Shown here piece by piece: positions 56,757 through 64,000 of a stretch of 64,000 bases of DNA. The notes beneath the pieces are model-generated. The model made no database searches and was not told the DNA's origin. It was given only the letters and a program-made list of their open reading frames with translations. The stretch covers positions 6,146,172 to 6,210,171 of the forward strand of contig CM082593.2 in assembly GCA_040954595.2 (NCBI GenBank), written 5' to 3'. Numbering within the stretch: the first letter of the stretch is position 1; each line of letters starts with the position of its first letter. This DNA comes from Balanoglossus misakiensis. Lineage: Eukaryota > Animalia > Hemichordata. Made by a program: the position numbers and the translations under genes.

Positions 56757-59700
56757 ATGCCGGCATTGGATGGTATTCCGGTATCTATCCAGGATGCCCT
56801 GGAGGTGCGGGATGGGCCGCTGCAGGAAGAGGAGATCTGGAGCGTGTTGTGCCAGAGCGCGGAATCCTTGCAGGATATCTTCCTGAAAGGTGAGAGAATC
56901 CGTAGAGTGATGGAAACATCGCAAATTTGTCATTCGTGCCGTGTGGTCTCAGGCTCTTACCAGCTGTTACCACACGGCATAGTATTCCTCATTATTTGCC
57001 TGGAAACAAATGCACTGTGGATGGGTGTGGCAACGGTTTCATCAACAGTTAATATGTCATCTGGTGATCAGAATTAAATATTTGCTGTTGCGTACCGTAG
57101 CAGTGGAATATATTTGAACCAAAACTTGCATAATTATCATCGTCAAAATTATCACAATTAGCAATTTTATTTAAGTGTAAATTGAACTTTATCTAATTTG
57201 CTCAATTAAGCTGTAAACGATATTATCACTGTTAAGTCAGTGAGATTAAATGGTAATTTGGGGGAAATATCCTTTGAAACATTTCTTGGCAAGTTCACCC
57301 TATCCTAGCTGAACCTGTATATGTATTTGATTCCTGTAAATACATGAACAAGAGCATGATTTCAGTTAAGTATTCCTCAGAACAAGATGGATGATGATAG
57401 GTCATACATACATGTACATGTATAAATCCATATACTCTCATCTTTAACCGGGGAATACTAAACTGAAAACTATGCCAAAACATCTGTAAAAAACTTGACG
57501 TACATTGTACTGCACAATTCATACACTTTGCAGTCACCTTCATGGTGACAATTGATACAGACATTTGAAGTAGTTATCTCAACACACAATGCATAGAGTC
57601 GGACAGTTATGGCCTTCTCTGTAGAAAATCCCACATTGATACACATAGGATAGCTTGTGCCAAGGACTTTTATGAAAGACCAACACACATAATGGGCCAT
57701 TGATAACAACGTTGAATTCAATTTACTGTACCTACGTACTTGTCAATATTCTTGCACATACACATGCACTGTGCATCTCAAATTTCAGTGTATCATGTGT
57801 ATGGTTGATAAAGGGAAAAATTAAAAACACTTCATTGATATTAAACTGATATATTTTGGTATCGTACCAAATCTGAAGTAGTACAGCATGAAAATGGTAA
57901 GACGTCCTTAGGCAAGCCCTTTCATAAAATGGATTGTCCCATCGTTGTCGTACAAGTTATGATTACAACTGTGTAGTAAAAGTGAGATTTCTGGTGACAC
58001 ACTTTAGATTTGCGCTATTCGTTGGAAGTGGATTAAACAATGCAAAAGCGACTTCCCCCTAAAAACCACAACAGTGGCAAAGAATTCTTTTCACTCTGAC
58101 GCGAACAATCGACGTTATTGTGTGTTACTGGTTGAAGCAGTGCCTTTTGTCTCACCTGGGTTGTACAGTCATGATAGTAAATATTTTAGTTGCGCTGAAA
58201 ATCTTTCTGATAAGAACGGTCATTCTTCTGATGGCATTCCAATCGGTGAATGCGTTCGGGGTTGTCATGGTAACACGGCACACCGACAATAAATGCATTA
58301 TCCAATAAACTCGCGGGACCAAACGTAAACTACATGTACATGTATGTTTTGGCCAGGTGGAAATTATTAAGGCTACTATCAAATTTTCCGCTGTGGTGTG
58401 AGGGGGGAAAGTGTAGGAAAGTGATAGCATGCAATGTACATGTAGAAGTGGTGTTTGCCAAGAACTTAATTGAAGTTCAATGTCAAGGTCTCTTAACATG
58501 CAGTATACATTGTGTACACATAGTGTGTGCCATGGGCAATTTTACCATAGGCACCGAGGCTCTGTTATTGGATTTGTACATAATGCTGAATTGATATCAA
58601 TATTTTCAGATCAAAGTTTGCATCATATATAGATCTGTTTTTGCTGCCAGTGTACAGAGGTGTATGAATAACCAATGGTGATTGTCGTTAAGTGTACATT
58701 ATATATTGAAGCTTGCCATTCATTTCATAGTTATGAAAAAATAGCATGAAGTGACCAGCTGGTGCTTTTTATTATTTACATGTGTGTGCTAATTATTTAT
58801 GATATTTTAAATAGATTTTATCATTTTATTCTCATTGCAAGATGCTCTGTATATAGATTAGGCAGTATTCCATAAAAATTACATGTATTGCTATCAACTT
58901 GCAGTGGAAATAAAGTGGGCAAGATGCATTTGGAATCTACATGTATATATGCAAATTTTATTTAATTATGACTGTCATATTTCACTAATAGTGTCGTGTA
59001 ATACCACATCAGGTTTCTGTCCAACCAGCAACTTTATCTGGTCTGAATGGACCCAGCTGTGTTATGTAAATGATGTATGCAAATACATGTACATGCAGTC
59101 TTTTCGCTGCTTTGCCCATGACTCGTTCTTAAACTACCCACATATTGACGATTCGCATTTGGACTTTTCTAAATACCATGTCACCTAATTTTATTTCGTT
59201 CAGTTTCACATGTGGCATAAAAATCTGGGAATAATTGTCCACATAATTCTGAAGGGGCTAGTCGGAAAAAAGTGTTTATATTAGAGTATGCATTGTATAC
59301 TGTAAATTACATGATATGCTGAAGGGTATGCATTTTACAGATGTGTATAACTATTACACACATTGATGATATCTACAACTTTGATAAAAATCCAACTCAT
59401 GGAAAAATAAATACTGAATACTTAAACAAATGGATGGTTATGGGATATGTTTATTTTTATCTCTTTAACATGTGCAGGTAACAGACATGCTTTTTCTGCA
59501 GTGAGGTCACCAGCTTTTGTTGTTTTAACGGTTATTTTTAACATTTCCAAGCAATTATTTCTGTCATCCTCGAAAGCAAACATATTGCTAGTAAATCATA
59601 AACAGTCTTGTTTCGGTCTGCAATTTACTGTGATAAACATGTGTAACTGTATACCATAATAATTTCAGACAATGAAAGAAATTCGGTGAACTTTTCTAAC

Positions 59701-62700
59701 CTGTGAGTGAGAGGTCACTAGCTCATGTACTTCAAATGAACAAACACTCTGCTTAAATAAACATCCCTTCATACGGTTTTGTCCTACAAGGATCACACAA
59801 ACCTTTCGCAAATGTACATCCTTTGATATTATAAATAATGACTGAAATCAAAGCAAAAATGGAAACTAGTTTATGATTACACGTACATGACACTTCTAAT
59901 AATACTAGGGACAGGCTTTGCAGGAGACCAGCTGGTGGTCCAAATGATGATGGGTAGAATTCTGAGATCAGTATTTGCACATTTCCCTTCCACGCTGTGT
60001 CACCTCTGCATTGGCCGTGTTAAACTCACAGTGCCTTCATATCGTACAGACTATGACCCATAACCCAATAACTGACATACATGTATTTCTATGCATGGAT
60101 AAATAACCCAAGGCTATCCTGATAGAATTATTTAATAGCCTGGAATCAAATAACGTTTCAGTTATGTAGATTTTCTAACAGCTCAGGTTTTATATGGCAT
60201 AGGAATGTGATTTCAGTAACCACATTTGCAAAATCAAGATCTACACATGAAAATACATCTAGTTAGACTCATACTTTGAAGATAAACAGCTAAATAAACT
60301 ATATATATGTACAGGGATATTCAGTCTATTTGATTGACATTAAAATATTCTGTGACCTTTTTTTCCAGGTGAAGCACGACAAGACATTGGCACCAGTTTT
60401 ATCATATCACCCAAGTCACTGATGCTATGCCCCAGTGGCAGGGTACAATTTGCTGAAAATAATCAAGTTCAGCACCCAGACAATCAGCCGTATGTGCCCC
60501 CGGAAGTCATCTCGAGGGTTTCAACGGCATCGGATGTGGCCGTGGAAAAGGTGAGAGAGTTTTACACATCATAAGGAGAAATGTATGTCATTCTGCATGC
60601 TTTTAACCCTATCACCCCTAGTTCCCTCTTCAGAGGTCCAACCTTACCATAGAAAACAGTGGGTTTGGACTGAACCATGGTGGTGATAGGGTAGAGCGAT
60701 CAATCCAGTCATGTGCGGTAGGAATTATTATTTTTGTCTTGTGACTCTGTTTATCAGATGTATATCTACTCCCTGGGGATGACGCTGTACTGGGCCGCAG
60801 CGTACAAACTGCAGACTGGACAGAGGGTTCGCCTCAGCCGAAATCTGGACTCGCTCCTGCTCGCCATGTGTGAAGAAAACGCATCGACCAGAATGGCACT
60901 GATCCACATACTTGAGGTGAGAATGACACACTGTGTTTCATTTGTGGTAGTTTTGTCAGTTAAAACTGATAATTTTCTGTGCAGAAATTGAGTTTTATTT
61001 TTGCATGTGGGAGTATGGAACTGTAATAACAGCCAGATTTAATTGAGGAAGTGCATCAGTTCACCAACATAGCTGATTAAAAAAAGCACTTGGTTTTAAT
61101 TGAAACTGCTGGCATTGGCAAAATGCCCCTGCTTGTAAAGCAGGGAAACCCCTTCGTTGTTTCTTGAGAATGTATAATACAATGTAGTCTCTATATTGCA
61201 TTCATTTCATGTATATACTTAGAACAGAGGAAATTCGTTTTATAAGCACTGGTTCTAGTTGTTACTTCTGAAACAATAGGGCAATGTTGTATCAGGAAGT
61301 ACACCAGCTTTTTGTTCAGCCATGTAGAAGATGTACTTGACTGATGTCATAGAGTGATATTAACTGTCAAGAAAGGCTCATTGTCAATTGCAAGATGCAG
61401 ACAGTAGCTACTGTCTATGATAAAATCTAATTTGTAATCTGTAAACATTTTGGTCAGAATTGGCAGCGGAGTGTGAGCTGTTAGTCTCAGTTCAGGCCAG
61501 GTTGTGGTCAGTCTCACATGCAGTCAGGTTGGTGCAACACCTTAGGAACCTTATATGTACGTGTACACAGTTTTTTTTTTGTAGGCATACTTTATATATT
61601 ACTCTATTGTCTCAGTGCCAAAGTTGTTCATCTCTGCTTGATTTTCATTCATTTCAGTCATGCACTCTTCATGCACAACGAAATCCTTCTGGTCTTCCCT
61701 ATTCTTACCATATCAGTAAGTTATCTAAAACAGTGCTTGGAAGTATGGATCAGGTAAGATCTCACATCTCTTTTGTCATAGCAAAAATGTATCATTGTTT
61801 TTACTGAAAAATTTATCAGCAATGTGTATTTATGACAGATTCATGTACAGTAATGTGTTGAGATATATGAAGCTATCACAGAAACACATACGAAAGAGAA
61901 GTTTTTCAGTTACATGATTGTAACTCAAATGATGTTGCTGTCAAACAGTTGTGTGACTGAGCAATGCCTTTCTAATATAGTTTCCTGTGTATATCATCTC
62001 CTCACTAACATGTATGTCTGAATTCAGATATCCAGGCTTGGTCTGGATGGTGCAGGGCAGGAATCTGTGGATAGCTTTCAGCACGATGCCAGCGAACTCA
62101 GGGAGCAACCATATGGTGAGTGGACAACAGCTTACTTGGTAAATACTGTCGGCCATGACAAAACCAACTCCAATCCATAACTTTGTGTGGTAGATTTTCT
62201 GACAGATTTGTGCCTTTCGTGTTCTATAGCGAATTTGGGTTAGGATAATCTGAATCGACTCTATGTCAAGAGTTGAACATTTTGTTACAGTATTTTTTGT
62301 TAAACTCTCACTGATAAGGTTGCATGCTTATCAAGAATGCAGCTTGGAAGGGCAAGACAATGGTGACCTGTTCTTATTTTATCAAATATTACCATCTTTT
62401 CCGTGCTATCAAGAACCACGTCGTAAAATGAGTTTTGTCTCTGCAGGCACACATAGTCCTCCAAACAAAAGACACAATCGTCACTTGACGCCCAGAGAAG
62501 AACTCGCGCACAAGCGATCGCGACCGGTGCAAAGTCAACATTCCAGTCGAGGGTACGACGAGGTGGATTCCAAGCCGATTGGCACGCGACAACGGTCGCA
62601 CCAGTTTGAGACTTACTCCCAGCACAGTACTAGCACTGTGGACACCGCGAGAGACAGTTACGATGATGACATCAGTCCGCCGAGGAAATCTCAGCAACCT

Positions 62701-63993
62701 TTGTTACGCCAGTCCAGCAATTATGAGGACACGGGGCGTTCTTATCATATGTCGGACATGTTGTCGTCGAGTCAGTCGTACGAGAGCCTGGCGACGGACC
62801 ACTCGGAGAGGAAAGCGCGAGTCGCCGATCTACAAAGTAAAGCTGCAGCGGCGTACGAAAGGTTGCGGGAGAGACGGCAGAGACTGAGCATGTTGCAAGA
62901 TCGCAGCGCCGAAAGATCGCGGGATTATGCGAGTTTGAGCCTGCCGCAGAGACCGGAGAGGACTTCGCTGGTCAGTCACGGCCACAAGGGATCCGTTGTG
63001 TACGAGAAAGACCCGCGGACGGGGAAGGCCATTCTGGTCATCAAGCGACCGCCGAGTCTCGAACGTTTCCAGGGAAGTCGCACCCCCGAGAGGACGAGAA
63101 CGAGACCTCTCGGGCAAGCGCGAGATCGGAGCCTCGACAGACACCGCGATCGGAGCTCAGAGAGGCGCAGCGAGAGGGATTACGACAGAGCTCTGCTCAG
63201 AGACAGGACTGTTGAGAGGCCGCGGAGCAGTGCGGGGCGCGGTTACCATAGCGATGATGATACCACTCTGAGTGACCACCTAAGTGAGCAATTGAACGGA
63301 AGTCGATATACCGGTAGATCCATGACATCATTAGATACACAGACACAAGGTGAGAAAAGCATCCAGTAAAATAAGCCCATAACCCTTTCACTGACATGGT
63401 TTGGTCCAAATCCATTGTTTTCTATGGTAAGGTTGGACCTCTGAAGAAGGAACTGGGGGCGAAAGAGTTAATTAAAAAATTCGCTTAAGTTCACAAGATG
63501 CTGATGTATAATGATATTAAATGAAAAGTAGTAAGTCAACTTCTCTAATTTTCGACTATATAATTGATTTTTAGGGAGTTACCACCCAGACATGTATCCA
63601 TACTATGGTTCCACTCCAACCCTGGCATCCAGACCAGAGGACATGGACCATGGTCATGCCAGCCAACCAGATCTCAGGCATTACCCATCACATGACCGCC
63701 AACGGCCAATCAGACCTCGTCATCTGGATAGAAGCAGAGACATCTTGGGTGATGTGGCCTACGAGAGGGCACCGACCAGAAGGAAATTAAAGGTATACCT
63801 TAAAGTCAAGAGAATGCAATACATACATCGTACAGTCAATACAACAGCTACATTAAATGACAACTGACATGCATGCAAACTCCAGTGGTTTACTAAAAAA
63901 ATTGTTTTTAATTCACAGAAATTCTTTGGTCCAGAATTTGTTGTGATGAGCAGTGAGCCAAACATCACATTAGACATGCCTCCATCAATCATG
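56757..63993 (+). CDS. PTPN13: PTPN13 (FAP-1)/FRMPD2 family protein, N-terminal KIND domain and linker; continues past the window end
   Basis: Exons 56757-56889 (VSIQDALEVRDGPLQEEEIWSVLCQSAESLQ), ~60369-60550, ~60758-60916 (IYSLGMTLYWAA...LDSLLLAMCE), ~61658-61753, ~62029-62115, 62447-63349, ~63575-63792, ~63920-63993 (KFFGPEFVVMSSEPNITLDMPPSI), matching the PTPN13 KIND and pre-FERM motifs as I recall them. Confidence 0.92.
60607..60691. mobile_element. piggyBac-type MITE copy (reverse orientation)
   Basis: Reverse complement of 27623-27706 (agaggtccaaccttacca...gggtttggactgaacca). Confidence 0.8.
63383..63467. mobile_element. piggyBac-type MITE copy
   Basis: ccctttcac...ccattgttttctatggtaaggttggacctct...gaaagag|ttaa. 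Confidence 0.8.
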
Positions 63994-64000
63994 GTAAGTT

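Overview
Eukaryotic (invertebrate metazoan; hemichordate/echinoderm-grade deuterostome is a guess) genomic DNA with spliced genes. From left to right: (1) an intronic, hierarchically periodic repeat (31/10-bp motif spacing, 134-bp monomer, 1185-bp higher-order unit) in two opposite orientations around a ~1.2-kb loop holding a Penelope-like RT relic and a long-TIR element; (2) a large multi-exon cadherin gene (-) with about 19 EC repeats and an internal mucin-like stretch, continuing beyond the left edge; (3) STOML1 (+); (4) an intronless, stand-alone HDAC6-type ZnF-UBP ubiquitin-binding gene (-), head-to-head with (5) JNK (+), which carries a U12 intron; (6) an ARHGAP22/24/25-type PH-RhoGAP (-); (7) the 5' part of PTPN13 (+). 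Several non-autonomous DNA transposons with readable TIRs/TSDs and long microsatellites lie in introns. Exon coordinates were read by eye and may be off by a few bases. The best novelty candidates are the free-standing ZnF-UBP gene, the foldback-like helically phased array, and the rearranged JNK-ARHGAP-PTPN13 microsynteny.
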